DNA from: Lama glama
Taxonomy: Eukaryota
DNA length: 64,000 nt
Reading direction: 5' to 3'
Assembly (NCBI GenBank): GCA_028534125.1
Contig: CM052832.1
Location: forward strand, 10,914,001-10,978,000
Under the pieces are notes generated by a model. That model had not been told where the DNA came from, ran no database searches, and saw only the letters and a list, made by a program, of their open reading frames with translations. Of the stretch, positions 37,775-51,730 are shown in pieces; within the stretch, counting starts at the first letter, position 1, and each line of letters opens with the position of its first letter. The position numbers and the translations under genes were made by a program.

Positions 37775-38909
37775 TGTGTTCTATGCAGGTGCAAGTGAGT
37801 CGATGATAAAGCAAAGCAAAGAGCAGTTTATTAATCAGGGTGTGAGGTCCTTCAGGGAGAAGACCAGATGTTGGCCATCTCAGTTCCCTAACCACCTCAG
37901 AAAGTGCATGACAAACACTTGGTGAGCAGGTGGAATCGAACTGAGAGATCAGAGAAGGTGCCACAAAGCTTTAGCATCTCACCTGGGTCTCAAATAATGG
38001 ATAGAACTGTGATTTGTGACAGAAAATGAGGAAAAGGACTGACTGGGGAACAGCAGGAGTAAAGACAAAAAATTAGAAAAATGAAGGATCTATTAAAAGA
38101 AGGGGGGAATTGACAGTTATTTTGATTAGGGAACTAGTAGATGTTTACAGTATCAGCTTTCAAATATACCTAGAGAAAAAGAATTAACCACTGAGTTTAA
38201 CATTTTTCCTTTCTTGAAGTTTTTTTGATCCCAGGGTGGCTATCTTATATCAAGTTCATTTGCCACAGGTCTGGTGCACAGAAAGCCACCTTCTTGCCAA
38301 AAGTCGTGTGTGTTCCCACCATCTTCTGGCTGCCCTCAAGCTTTTTCATTCCACACCCCAGTCCCTCTTGTCAGAAGGCTCCTGCCCTACCCATCACCTC
38401 ACCCAGGTCCATAAGGGGAAAGCAGCTAAACTCATAATCTGATTCCAGTGAATTGACTTATACAGAATGCTTCCCACCTGTGGCTCATTCTCTGAAGGGG
38501 CATTGTTGTTGTGAAAATCAGCACTACGCAGCCCCCTCTTAAACTGTGTTTTTCTTTCTTTCCCAGAAACAATGCTTATTTAGGGCAGCTGCTGGAGAAA
38601 CTCAAACCCAAAGGAGTTACGAATAGGGAATATTGGGATAACCGTAACAAGTTAACAGAAACTGTTTCTTAGAAGGGAAGTTTTGAATACTGCCAACTTC
38701 CTTAAAATTCTAGGGTTGCTTATAGAAACCACAGATTCCCAAACCCTCATCCAAGACCGTCTCAATCATAATTTCCAGGGAAGAGCCCTGATTTATAAGT
38801 CCTTTGGGTGACTATTAACAATAGAGAAGTTGAGTGAACGCAGAAAATAATTACGCATTCTGCCTGTGAAGACTGGCTCTCGTTTCCTAATCAAGATGGA
38901 TGCTGCGAG

Positions 38910-39270
38910 TGCTCCCCACCCCCACCCCTGGCAAGGACTGCGTGCAGCCTGCCATTAAAACGTCTTGCTTTCACTCCAGATGGTGACTACAGACAGGAAA
39001 TGAGTGGAGGGGGTGGGAGCTAGTTGCTGATTGAGAGGGAGGCAGCCAATGGGAAACAGGGGAGCAGCTGCCTACCCACAGTGCTCCAGGGTGGGGTGGG
39101 ACTAGTCTCCGCGGCCTATAAAATCCACATTCAGGCTTGGTGAGAGCGGTGTTGCTTGATTGGGACAGTTGTGGTTGTGGAAGCTGGTGGGGTGGTCGGG
39201 TCCGTGATGGTTTCCCAGAATTGAATTGGGGAAACTGGGAAAAGCCTGGAGGGTGGGCTATAAAGCTTCT
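38910..39270 (+). promoter_or_regulatory. Candidate Pol II promoter (GT boxes, CCAAT and TATA, present twice)
   Basis: AGCCAATGG 39044-39052, GGGGTGGG 39093-39100 and TATAAAA 39117-39123; then ATTGG 39159-39163, GGGTGGG 39251-39257 and TATAAAG 39259-39265; CpGs are locally retained. Confidence 0.55.
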
Positions 39271-40738
39271 TTTTCTTAAAAACAAAAAACAAAGAACATT
39301 TTCTTCTGAAAGACAAAGTTCTGGGAAGGGGGTGCGGGGGCTGTCTCCAAGCGCCTGTCTCTTGGCACTCTTACTGTGCGGGTTTTTTTTTCTGTTCTCT
39401 TTACAGTTAGTCCTGGGGGCCTAAGAATACAGGCTTCTGCTCTTTTTTCCCCAGGGGACTTCTGCCTGCTTCCTTAGTCTGAAAAAGCCTTTCTTCATGG
39501 GTATACTTTTCTCAGCTGGAGAAAAAGCCTTAAAAACCTCTTGGTAGTTAAGACGAAGCTGCAGTTTCTTCCTTGTTTGTGAAAGCTATCCTTTCTCCCA
39601 GGAATGACCTTTCTGGGAGTGGGTTGTTCCAGGAATTAATGGCCCTATGGGTGGGCATGGGGATGGAGGAAGTTCAGCTCTACTCACTACACAGCTGTAA
39701 ATTCTCAGCTAACGTAAAGCGTGTGGGGCTCTCAGTTGGCATACACCCAAGGGGATGACTTTGCTGTCTCTCACTCTCAAGAGCCAAAAATTTAAACTCC
39801 TGGCAGGCAGTGACTTTTAGCCCTTCCTCTGATAGGGTGATAAACTCGGCTTACTCCTCTTCATTCCAAACAATGGCCTGGCTTTTGTGGCCAGGTCTTA
39901 GAGATGATAATCCTGCTTGCTTGCTTTCCTCCTATCCTTTAAGTGTCTTAAAGCTCTGCTCTGGGAATAAGCTACAGAGTAAGTCTGCTAAGTGGCAAAG
40001 CCAGGGTAGATGTGAACTCAAACGTGGTACAACCGAAAATGTTTGGAGACCTACCTGTTCCTCTCTCCACCAGCTGAAAATACTAATGAGTTGAACTGGG
40101 AGAGCACGTGGTAGTCACAGTATCAGCACTTGAAGACAAAGGTTTTCTCCTATGGATTGTGCTGTTTAAATCCTTTTTAGAGGAGGGTCCATTCCAGGGG
40201 AATGCCCAAGTAGGAGTTGGACTGACTGGAGTTTCTAGTAGAAGCATAGCTAAACAGCTCTTGGGGGCTTCCAGCTGGCCTAGGTCTAAATCCCATGGTC
40301 TTCTCTCACCTGGCAGAGTAGCTCATAGAGCCTAGAGCACAGCTGTGATGACTGCAGCACCTCCAGTATCCTGAGTGATGAGCCTGGCCTATCTGGAAGA
40401 GCTCAGCATTTAAACAAAACAAAAAACCAAACTCCCAACAAGCCAAAGAAGGCTCTAGAGAAGCAGAGCAAGTCTTCAGTGCTCAGAAAAGGAACTCGGA
40501 GTTAGCAGGCAACTGACCACGTGTGGTGGCTTGAGGAGAAATGGGAGAACTCTAGGCCTGGAAGCAGCTCAACCTGCTGAACTGGGAAACTGGGTAGTGC
40601 CGACTTCCCCTGAAGATGGAGCAAGGCCCGCTGAACCAGTAAACTTGATGAGGGCTTAAATACATAGCCAAGACAGGTCGTCTGAAAATGACTTAAAGCT
40701 TCAGGAGCCATTGCTTTGGTTGAAATTGGAGGTGGGAA

Positions 40739-41210
40739 TGTTACCAGATCCAAACCCATTCTACTCGCCGAATGACAGGCCAATAAATCAGGAGACGAGG
40801 TGTTGGGGCAAGGAATAACGGCTTTATTTGGAAAGCCAGCCGACCAAGAAGATACCAGTTAGAATTCAGGCTTTTATACTAAAAAGGGGAGGGAGTGTGC
40901 TCTGTTGCAAACTTCTTGGTGTTGGAATCCTTGTTTTTGGCAGCTGTCCACTTGGGTCAGGTCATGGTGTCTGTAAGCCTTCAACAGAACAGATTTTCTA
41001 TTCAACTTTTAATCTTTATATGAATGCAAAAGTGTTAATATCCTTGAAAGACAGCCTTGAGAATAGGCTATCCTGTATACTTAAGGCTAGAGGAAACGTT
41101 CTTCTGCAAAAGGTGCAGAACCAGCAAGACTAAGCCTAGGGGACAAAGCACAGGGTTAAAGCCAAAGGAAGAGATCTAATATGGAGTCAGACTTGCTCTT
41201 GTCTATAACA
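40739..41210 (-). mobile_element. ERV1-type solo LTR
   Basis: tgtta...taaca termini, reverse AATAAA at about 40823 and reverse TATAAAA (ttttata) at about 40872; TSD not clean. Confidence 0.8.
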
Positions 41211-44200
41211 AGAGTGCTAGAGTCTGGAGTCTGTCTGTGTTCAGGACTTGCAGTGGTGCCACTTGAGCAGAGCCTCAGTCTTGTGGAAGTACTTTCCCAG
41301 CCACGTAGTGTGTGACAGTAAGGATGGGGGCTGGAGCCCAACTGAGTTCTGTCCCTGGCTCTGAGAACTTGGGCAAGTTCTGAGGAACTGGCTTTAAAAA
41401 CTTCTGATTAGATGAGGCCTGTGTGTCAACCAGTGCCCATGGGAGTATGAGCTCAGTAAATGTTAGCTGCCACCCTGTAGGGTACCTCATTCAGTGCAGA
41501 GCTCATGGGGTTCTGTGTCAAAGATGTCTTACTTGGTGCCTTCATTCCTGCAGCACAGAACTGTTTATCTGTTACAAGTGCTTTATCACCTCCCTGCGGC
41601 TTGGCAGGCTCTCTAAACCCAGGTTGGTACCTCATGCTTGCTTAGCTCCCTCACCTACTGAAACAGACTCTGTACCTGGATTATATGAGCCTGTTCTTGT
41701 CCTGAACAATTGCTTCAAATGATATTGTAAAGGCATGGATGAAAGTTGCCTGTTAATTGCTCAGGGTTCAAAGTATGCTTGACTTGAATACGGTCAGAGC
41801 TAGGCCAGTAACCTGAAAGAGTTCACTTAAAACTGCATTTTTCTGCCCTAGTGAAAGACTAAAACCAGGGGGGATGGATAGAATCTTGATATTCTAGGTT
41901 GAAGAATCTCTTCCAGTTTTTGTCTACAGGTGCCACTTGCTGCAGTCTTGAGTTTTTGGCCTCAGAGTCAGGTAGCCACAGCTGTAGCTTATCCCATAGA
42001 GATACCCAGGAACTCGTACATCCAGCTCTAGCACTCAGCAAGTCCCAGGGGCAGACAAGAGGATGAGTGGCAGGTGGTGGTGGTTTGAACCCAGCTCCAG
42101 TGTGTGCCTGAGCCTGAAAGGGCCCGGGTACTATACTGTTTGCCACTGGGCTGCCTGCCACTCAGAACCAGCCTCATCTGGGTAACACTGGGCTCTGTGC
42201 CAAGTCACGAGTCTGACGTTTACATGGGTTGCATATCATAGTCCTGGAGGGGTCCTAGCCCTGCGCAGCTGGTAGCCAGGGAGGAGTGTGCTGAGGGCCA
42301 GCACAGGGCTGCCAGTTGTGGCTGATAGTGGGCTGATAAATGCAATCGTTTTTCAGGGTTTTCTGTATCCTGCTTTATTTACACCAAGGGAACTCCTGTC
42401 TGAGTGGAGGGGAGGATGGGTCTAGAACTAGGCAGAATCTAAACAGTAGATTCCCTACCAGGAAGCTTGCTTATGGCAAAGCTGAGCTCCCGGCTCTCTA
42501 AATTGGTGCACATTTCTCTGCCATCGAGGGTCTTAAAGCCAGCCAAAAGATTGCAGTCACAGACCTCTGGGCCAGCTAGAACTTCAGCCTGGATTCTGCC
42601 GCTTATTTCTTGTGTCTTGAGTGAGTTGCTTAAGCTCTCTGAGCACCTTACCAGTTAAAATGAGTACACCAAAGAGCTAACTGAGCCATGAAGAAATGGC
42701 CTCTTCCATCCTCTTCCTTTGGAAAATTCTTCAGGAAACTTGAGGTAAAGGCAAACTGACATCTTGGCTCTTATTTCAGAATCAGTCCCTGATTTCATCC
42801 TACCCCTCTGGGATGCCCCAGAGTGAGCTTCCTTTGGGACAGCACTGCAGGGCAAGAAGGACAGGAATGATGTTTTGCTTATTTCAACCACTTAGAGGCC
42901 TACGTTTTTACCAATAGACACTCTTCGGAGCTGGCTTTTTCTGTCTCCACAATCCTGTGTACACTTTAACTTGACAGTCAGTATCTTAATTCTCTTCCCT
43001 TTAAGCAAAAACCTAACTGGCAGATCTTTGAACAAGTATTCCCTGCTCTTATCTCAAGATGAGAATCCCTGAGAAACTTGATCTTGGCACATCTGTCCCT
43101 ACTTAAAATTTCAGAACTAGTTTGTTTTCCTATAAAGTAATATTTAAAAAGTAAAAACAAGCTCTCCCAGTTCTCTCCTTTTGGAAAGGAGCCCTTTGTA
43201 TCAAGGATGTTGCAGATTTTGTTTCTTTTTAAAAAGACTACCTTGTAAAATAAAGGCTTGTTTTATATCTAGTCTGCCAGTGGCTTTCTTCAGGGCTGCT
43301 GGAATTTCTCTTAGAAGGGCCTTCCTTGCTCCAGTAATAGAAACAGGACTTGAGGCTTCCATCCCTTTAAATACAAAGGAGATGTTGTTCTAAATTACAA
43401 AAGGTTTCAATGATCTACTGGACTATCAGCCTTTCCTTACTTGAGATGCTTTTAAGTTAACCTAACTGAACTTCCACCTTCTGCCCCACTGTGTAAAGAG
43501 TTTGAAAGTTGGCACTTTTGCTGAATAGACAGGGCGAGGAATTAACTGAAGCATCTCTTGGATCAGAGGCTTGTGTTCATAGGACAAAATTCTGCTTTGA
43601 AAACTGGCGACAGAAACCACAGCTTGCCAGGTGTAACAGTCTGGCTGGAGTTGAGCACCCCCTCACCCCCTGCCCCAGCAAGAACGCTTAAAGGATAACT
43701 GACGAATCAATGGAGGTGCAGTGTAGACTTACCTGAGGATAAGCTTTAGGGGGCTCCCCACTTTTCACGAGTTTCTACCTCCTGGATGGGGTGTTGGGTA
43801 TGGAGAAAAGGGTCTAGGGTCTACAACAGAAGTATCCCACCCAACAGCACAACCTCCTGGAGATCTAACTTGCCTAGCTAGGAAGGTAAGAAATACATGC
43901 ACTGCCCTCAAGCAGGGAAAAAAGTTAGAAAAGTAACATCAGCTTGAGATCCTGTGGGTCCCACCTGACCTTGTTCTAGGCCAGCATTGCATACGGCTGG
44001 AGTTGGGTGAGTAGTGGGATCTGTGAGGGGCACTGCAGAGTTGGTTCGCAAAGTTCTGTTAGAACTGAGTGCACTTTTGGCTTAGGGCTCTTTCCCTCTG
44101 GTGCTTTCTTGGGAAGTCAGTGCTGTCTCTAGTCTCCAGCCAGTGGGTGTCCATGCTCTCGTCTGCCTTGCTTCGTGTGGAAAGCAGAGCTGCAGCTTCA

Positions 44201-47179
44201 GATCTTCACAAGTGTGGCTGTCTGGTGTTGCTAAAGTCATGTCTCAGATGCCTGCTCCTCGCCACTAGTGTTTGGGTGGAGTGATTGGGAAATAAAGCCC
44301 TTCAGAGCTCTTCAAGATAAGTTCTCCCTGCTGAATCACAACTGACAATTGCTTTAAGTCCACAAAGCTGTGCACTGCCTGACCTGGTCACTTCCACGGA
44401 CTTGAGTTCTCCAATGAGGGAACGTGATCTCCTTAAACGCAGCCCGTTGGTGCTTTGCTATAGGTGAACTCTTGTTCTGCTTCATACGTTTTTAAGGTGA
44501 ATGAACTCTGGCTGTCTAAATCTTTTTTTTTTTTTTTTGATCTGCTTGTTCAGACAGTTCACTGCAAAGGGACTTAACTGGGAAGGATTCCAGCTGAGGG
44601 CAAGACTCCCCATCTGCCCAATTCACCCAAGTCAAATTCCTTTCAGAGTCATTGGGTTAGTGAGCAAGCTCACTACTCCATAATGACTTTAGAACACCCA
44701 CATCTCCTTTTCCTAAGCGCCCATCTGGAGCCTTCTCTATTCAACAGGATCTGTAGGCCTCCATTTTGACATTTGATGCCTCCTTTTCCCTCTCCTGGTC
44801 AAGAATGCTTCCTACCACCAATTAGGCTAGTCCTGTAAATCCACTAGCTACCACTTCCAAGGAGCCAAAAGAAATTCTTGCTTTGCCTGTCTAGCAGTTC
44901 TGTCCCAAAGTTGGGGCTACCATAGTCACCTGTTCCTTGAGGCTTAGGGAGGAATTGAAGGCTTGGGACTAAAGTGATGAAGAGTCACAAAGGTGATATG
45001 ACTGCTTCCATTCCTAACAATGACCTCTAGGGACAAAACAGGCCAGATGCTATACCCACCTTTGAGTTTTTGATAAAATGGGTTTTTGATCCTATGGCAT
45101 AAGCAAGGTGCATTTTACTGACTTAAGGATGAAGGCAGTTATTTTGATCAGGAGTTAGATGGTGGTTGTATTTCCCAGTTCATGGCACACTTGGTCCGTG
45201 TGAGTTCTCTTCATGGTTATTTCCTTGCCTTCATTTCATCACCACAGGCAAATACACATCTGTATATTCATGTAAAATGTGTAATGTTGGATGCATATTT
45301 AGTTACAGAAGTAGAACTGATTTATTTTGCTAGTTTTAGACATCTTCCTACTGCTACACTCTTGGAAAAGGATGTGTCCTTATGGGGGGCTAGTGGCTCA
45401 CTACTTCTCCAGGAGTCAGCTCAGTTCCAAGCTTCAGTCTCTTGAGCATCACTGTTGCTTAAGGACCTCCTGTGCACACTCAGAAGGGGAAGATCTACTT
45501 CCCCTTGGTCATCAGGCATTAGATGTGAGATTGGACATGACAACTTTGTGACAACTGAGAACTACCTTGGGATGTCCCACCAACCAGAGATGGGAATTCC
45601 TGTTGGGTTCTACTCAGCTGGAAAAATCAGTTCTAGCGAATCTCTCCCTCTGGCTTAGTTACCCACACCTTTTACATAACCACTTACTAATGAAGATACA
45701 GATGATCTAATTAAGAGGCAAACATTCATGCTGACTGGCAGGAGTATGTCAGTCCCACCTGCCGGTTTCACTGCTTTGTGGGGAGGTTGTAAACATACCA
45801 CGTGACAGGACCCCTCCTGGCATGCTTGGAGCAATGCCAGTGCCCCTCCTTGAGGGGCAACGTGTGAGAACGTGCTGATTTATCAAAGGAGTGGGAGACG
45901 TCAGTTGCTGGAGACTCCCTTCACTTTAAGAAGGGTTGTTGGTGGAGCTGAAAGTAGTGGGGAGAAGGAACCAAAGGATCTTCTATCTTGGTTATTACAT
46001 TTCACAAAATGAAGTTCATGCTAGAAACTTTATCCTGACCTCACCCTGGGGGCACTCAGCACTCTGCTAAAAAGTGGCCTAAGTGCATGCCTAATAGATA
46101 CTCACCAGCCCCCAGCTTCAAGACAACTGAGTAGCAATTTAACAGGTCTAGATTAAGGCTGCTCTGTCTTTAGGATGGAAGCTTTCTTTCATATGAAATT
46201 AACTTCAAGGGGAAAGATTTAATATTGCTATTGTTTATTCAAAGACTTGAATTGCATAGGAGTTGGGTAACTTTGGACTGTTAGTGCCTACTCATGCTTG
46301 CAGGCAACTCTGCACAGAATTATGTAAACGGACAGTCCTTATGAGATTAAATAGAATATTCATCAGCTGCTTAGTCATGCAGGATTCCAGAATGCTTATG
46401 TGGCAGTGAAATTCTAAAGTGAAGGGTACTAATGGAATGGCAGTAGGTGAGCTGGAGTTTAGAGGATTGGGGAACCACTCCATACTGAAGTGAGACCACC
46501 ACTAAGTGGCACTCAGGAGTTGGCAGCTCCATCAAGTAATGTCAAGGTGGACTTGCTTGGAGAACCCCATCCCTTAACGTGTGCATGTGTGTTTGACACC
46601 GTTCTCTGGAGCCTGGTTGATTGAAGTGCCTGGGCAGGCTTAGTTAGCTCATCTTTTCCACTTGCCCACCACCACCTGCTTCAAGACAACACCTTAGAAG
46701 TTTCTGAGGGGCATGCATTTGTCAAATGTCTATTTCCAACTCTTGCTGTGAAGCTCAATGGCCCATGAAAAGAGTGAGTTCTAAGATGTGGGGAAAGCTA
46801 TTCAGTGGTCAGAACCAAGTAACAAAGAACACTGAAGAAGCTAGAAAAACTCAATTCTCCTTGAGCTGGGGGAGGAGTGCTGGAATTAACTCTTAACTTG
46901 CCTGTGTACTGATCACTGAGGAGCTTCAGACTTCATGTCCGAAAACCTTCCCCTTAAACTTGATGAGAAACCATCTACCATGTGACAGGTTCCTGAGCGG
47001 TGGTAGGTAACCATTAGTTGACAGAAATGAACTTGAGGTGAATATTAAGGGACTTCTTTTTGCCTGAGCCAAACACTTAAGATTTGTTGAGAAAGTTCTA
47101 ATCTTGGTAGGAAAACATTTTCAGCTGACCCATGCTGAGACAAGGGGCTTGTTCTTCATCTGGCTGGGTATGAAGGGGT

Positions 47180-47560
47180 CCTCTTAGCCTGGATTCCCTT
47201 CAAAACAGCCTGACATGAGGTCTTTGTATATGGGTATCTGATTTGGGCAGTGGTCAAAGTAGGGAAGAGTTGGAAGAAAGGGTGTTGGTATCCCTGCTGT
47301 TAGTATCAGGGGCTTAATTCTGCTGAGACCTCTCAGGTCCATCAGAACACCTCCAGGAATTACTTGCTTGAAGAGTAAGGAGCCAGGCATGTGGATCCAT
47401 TGGTTTCTGCACTGTGGGCTTCTTTAAAGCCCAGCACGCTCCTGCCTGCATCCACGGAATAGGGGGAGTCCTGTGGTGGAAAGTGAGTGTAGGGGGCGGG
47501 GGGCTTATGCTGGGCTAAGTGCTGTCAGCTTGACGTGATGCCTGCACTGAGCTGTCAGAA
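47180..47560 (-). mobile_element. LTR16-like remnant
   Basis: cttagcctggattcccttcaaaacagcctgacatgagg...tttgggcagtggtc. Confidence 0.55.
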
Positions 47561-48619
47561 ATCTGAAGGTTTCAGATCCCGACCGTGGCTGAAATTGGAA
47601 ATAAGGCTGAGCTGGTGACCTGGGACACCTGGTATGTCAGCCCTAGCTTCAAAGCCTTGTTGGCTTCTATGTGAGATACTGAGGGTGCCAGGAAATAATG
47701 GACCGGACATAAGCTCATGTGGAGAGCAACCCAGGGGATTTGTCATGGTGCAAAGTGTTTCATTTCTGAAATGAGTTAATGAGTATGTTAAATTTTTAAA
47801 GTTGATTATATAATATAAAAGCACTACACAATGCCCTCTTCAAGCTATGTTCCTTATTGCCAGACATTCTTCTGATGGTGACTAAAACTAAATTTTTGTA
47901 GCATTGAGAGTTTTCAAATAGCAAACAGTGCAGTGCTAGACCAAAAGCAAATTGAAGAAAGTCATACTATTTTATTTTATATTCGTTTAAAGTAGATAAT
48001 AGTTCCTGGAGGGGTGACTTTTTTTTTTTCCTTCAGTGTCTAATATAGCAACTTTCTCAAGCTGAGACTGGCACCTCCTCTCACAGGAGGATAATGCCTC
48101 CTTAATCAGAATTGATTTATCATCTAATCTAACTCCATTAGAAGATGGAGGTAGCTGACCTTTCTGCTAACAGGACTAAGAAAGTGAGATTAATCTTGTT
48201 TAGGGAGCAAGGTGTATGGGGCTACCCAGAGCCTGGGAGCCATGTGCAGGAACACCCAGCTCAGGCCGGAGGCAGCAAATCCTGTAGCTGGAAGGGTCTT
48301 CACCTCTACTTAGCTCTGTAACCAGCAGGGATTTAATATCATATTTTTGGATGAATAAGATGTTGCAGTTCTCTTGTCTCCAAATCAAAATGACTCGTTA
48401 TTGAGAAACCCACTTTTGTTCCTTGTGGAGGGCCCTCTGGGCTCCGGTCCAGGCTCGCTCCAGCCTTTGTGGTCCCTGGCAGGTAGAACCTGTGTGAAGC
48501 CTGGGTGTAGCGCCCTGTACTGTCCTCTCCCTAAGCATCACATGGCTGTTCCCTTCTGACTCTCTCACTTCCCCATTGGTCCCTGAGTGAGCTGGCTCTT
48601 CTCCATTGCTCAATGCTAA

Positions 48620-49010
48620 ACCACTCTGCTCTGTGCCCTATCGGGGGTAGACCCTATGGACTGCATCTCCCAGTCTCCCTTGAAAGCTGACATCCAGGTA
48701 GGTTTGGCCACTGGGTGACACTGGCTAGAAGATAAGAGATGTAGGTGTTTTTTCCTACTCCCCCTCTGCTTCACAGCTTACATTTCAGACAGTGGGTTTG
48801 TCCCTCCAGTTCTGCCGCTCTTGCCAGGTGGGACCCTCTTCCATAGTGCTGGCTCTGTGTGCTCAGGTGACTCCTGTGGCCCTGTCGTTGGCAGGAGCTT
48901 CCCACCATAGGCAGCATCTAGTGCCTCATCCTTTGTTCCCTAACCCTTCACATTCCACTAAGGCTTTCTTTCATCAAACTCATTCAAACCACTTGAGTTT
49001 GATTTAGTTT
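48620..49010 (+). mobile_element. LTR33/LTR41-like ERVL LTR
   Basis: ctgctctgtgccc...gaccctatggactgcatc...gtaggtttggccactggg...ttgttccctaaccctt. Confidence 0.6.
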
Positions 49011-51349
49011 CCAGCTCTGGCTCTGAGCAGGAGAAAGTTCTATCTTCTTGGAGGGGAGCAGGACCCCCTAACATCTTGTTGCTCCTCCAAATCCAAGGGA
49101 CCTAGAACCCTACTTCTCTCATGTGGTATATACGAGTCTCTTGGCATTTGGGGAGATGTACCTGGCAGCCTCTGAATGCGGGCTCAGGAGCTCCTACCTA
49201 GTGTTTCCAAGTTGCTAGTTCTGCATAAGACCCCTAGCCCATGACATAATAGTTAGAAAAAAGGATGGACTAGGGGTCATGTAGGCTGTAACTGATACAG
49301 GATCTGGATGTCAGTGTACATAGATACATGTCTACCTTTGGACATGAAGCTAGTCTTTGCAGCCTGAGGGGGAGTTATTTCTGGGGAGGGCACACCCTAA
49401 GTCTTGCTCCTGTTGAGACTTGTGGTCAAGCTTCAGCTCCAGTTTCCTAGCATGGATATCTGCTTCAGTATCATCAAATGTCTGCTCACTGCTCCAGAGG
49501 GACCACAGGAGCCAAGCACAGGTTAACCTTCAATAAGATTTTAAGCTATAGAAGAATAAAGGAACAAGATTTGCACACTGCCAGCTCCCAGAGGTTTCTC
49601 CACTTTTACTCCCAAGGCTCCTTGTGTCTCTTTTTACAATCTTGTACCTTGTTACAGAACCCTGACCACACAGTCGAGCCATTAGTCACTGGCCAGGAGT
49701 CCATACCTTGTCTACCTCTCCTCCTCATCCAGCACATGACCAGATGCAGTGCTTGAGTCTCTGCCCACTGGGAGGACTTCTCTCATCACTGCTTTCAGGG
49801 CCGTGAATGAGACTGCAGGGCAGCATTTTTTTTTTTTTTGCCTCACACCAATACTTAGTGACCATCTTGAACAAGACTTGAGTCTTTCAGCCAACTTTGA
49901 GGAACTCCCAATAAGGTCTAGATGTGAATTGAAGAGTCATAGTTTACATGGGACTCTGGGCCCCCATGTAGTATACCCAGTGGGCCTTCTCTCTTATGCA
50001 GTCCAAGTTCTTGATGTGCCCAGAGCCGAGTTCAAAATACATGCACAAAATGGTAGCTCTAGTTACCATGGTCATGATGTTTTGCAGTCACTCTGCTCCT
50101 CTTAGAGCCTGGAAACACCAGGGGCAGCTTCCACGAACAGTGTGAATAGTTCTATACTGCAGAACCTGTCTGTTCCATATCACAGATGTGATATTTCTCT
50201 ACCACGTGTACCTTTAGCATGACCAGCATGCAGGTCCACGTGGTTCAAACTGCAGGGAAGATTGCACTGATTCCTGGTCCTGCTGCACAGCCCTCGTTTT
50301 AGGCCCCACCTAAAACAGTACTATTCCCAAGCATGTGATTATGATGAATGATTAAATCTAGAGAGGCCAATTTAAGGAGTCGGAGGGGTAAGGTGGTAAT
50401 AGAATCACTAGTCTCTTGAATGGATAACCTGGCATTACCTCAAATGACTGGCCCCATAAGTCGAACATGGGAGGCCTCAATATCTGAAGGGTTTATCTTT
50501 CACCCTTTGGCATGTGTATGTCCTGGTAGGGGTGTCAGTCACTTGATCATAACACTGAACACTTGCTGTTGATACAGTGGACCGGTATGGTGGTCTTCAA
50601 AATCAAGACTAAGTCACTGGAGATTACTGTGCAAGAACAGGAAAAACTGATAGAACCCTGGTTTAAGACAAGGAGTACTGCTGCTCATCCCAAGTGAATG
50701 AATGGCTGGAAATCTCAGGAGGTGAGGAGCTGCCAGATCAATAGCCTTGACTAAGCACCCAAGGGGGTAATCAGTAGAGATGCCACATCTGGCACAGCAG
50801 CTGTAATGGAGCTGTTTTGTTCGTAGTCCAGAATCATTGCCATGATGCATGTTCTTCTAGGAGCCATCCTAGTAGATCAGGTGACAGGGAGCCCCACCTC
50901 GGCACTATGATCTGTTTAGGATATGGTACAGCTTGTGAATTACTCCTCGCGGTGAGTGAAGAGTGGTTTTAGGAGACTCCACTTGGCCTTTCCCACCGTG
51001 ATGGCTTTGCCCCTGTGGATCAGGGAACTAGTGTGAGGATTCTGCCAGTGGCTGCCTTGTCTGATAGCCACTCAGGAATTAGGAAACCAACAGTTCTACA
51101 GATGCACTGGAGCCACTGCAAGATGCCTGGTTTTCACTGTTAACCCAGCCTCCATATACCCTTCCACATTCTAGTAAGGGGACTGAACAGGCTTGAGATC
51201 CCTTTGTCAGTGTCGGCTCCAAGCCTCTGGTTGGGAAAATATTCACTGAATCTGCTGTGACATGTCAGGGCCTTCTGTAAGGGAGCCATTCATCCCCTTC
51301 AATCCGTGGACTGAGTCTAGCAACTTAAAATATGGAAACTGAGAGGTTC

Positions 51350-51730
51350 TGAGTAAGTCCAGAATTCAACCAGAGAAGCAGAAATCATTGAACAGATGCA
51401 TCTACAGGTCAGCTTCTTGTAATAAACACAGTCTATGTGATAGTGGAAGCTGGTGAAGTGAGGCAAATCTATAGAGTTGGCAGTCAAAAGATCAGTTTGG
51501 CTGGAACTCAGGCATGGGCAAAGCTCTCTGTCCTCAGGCAGTTAGGAAAAGGGGGGTCGTGAGCGGGATTGAAATTTCATCTGATGAAATTGGGCCCACA
51601 CAGATGGTGCAGGATAATCTCCCTTATTTAAAGTCAAATAATTAGGGGCTTTTAATCAATCTCAAATACTTAATGCTTGGCTTAACGTCCAGGACTGAAG
51701 TCTAGCCAAGCTGACACCAAAAAAGCCATG
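51350..51730 (-). mobile_element. MLT2-family LTR inserted in the ERVL interior
   Basis: ttcaaccagagaagcagaa...gataatctcccttatttaaagtcaa...ctagccaagctgacac. Confidence 0.75.
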
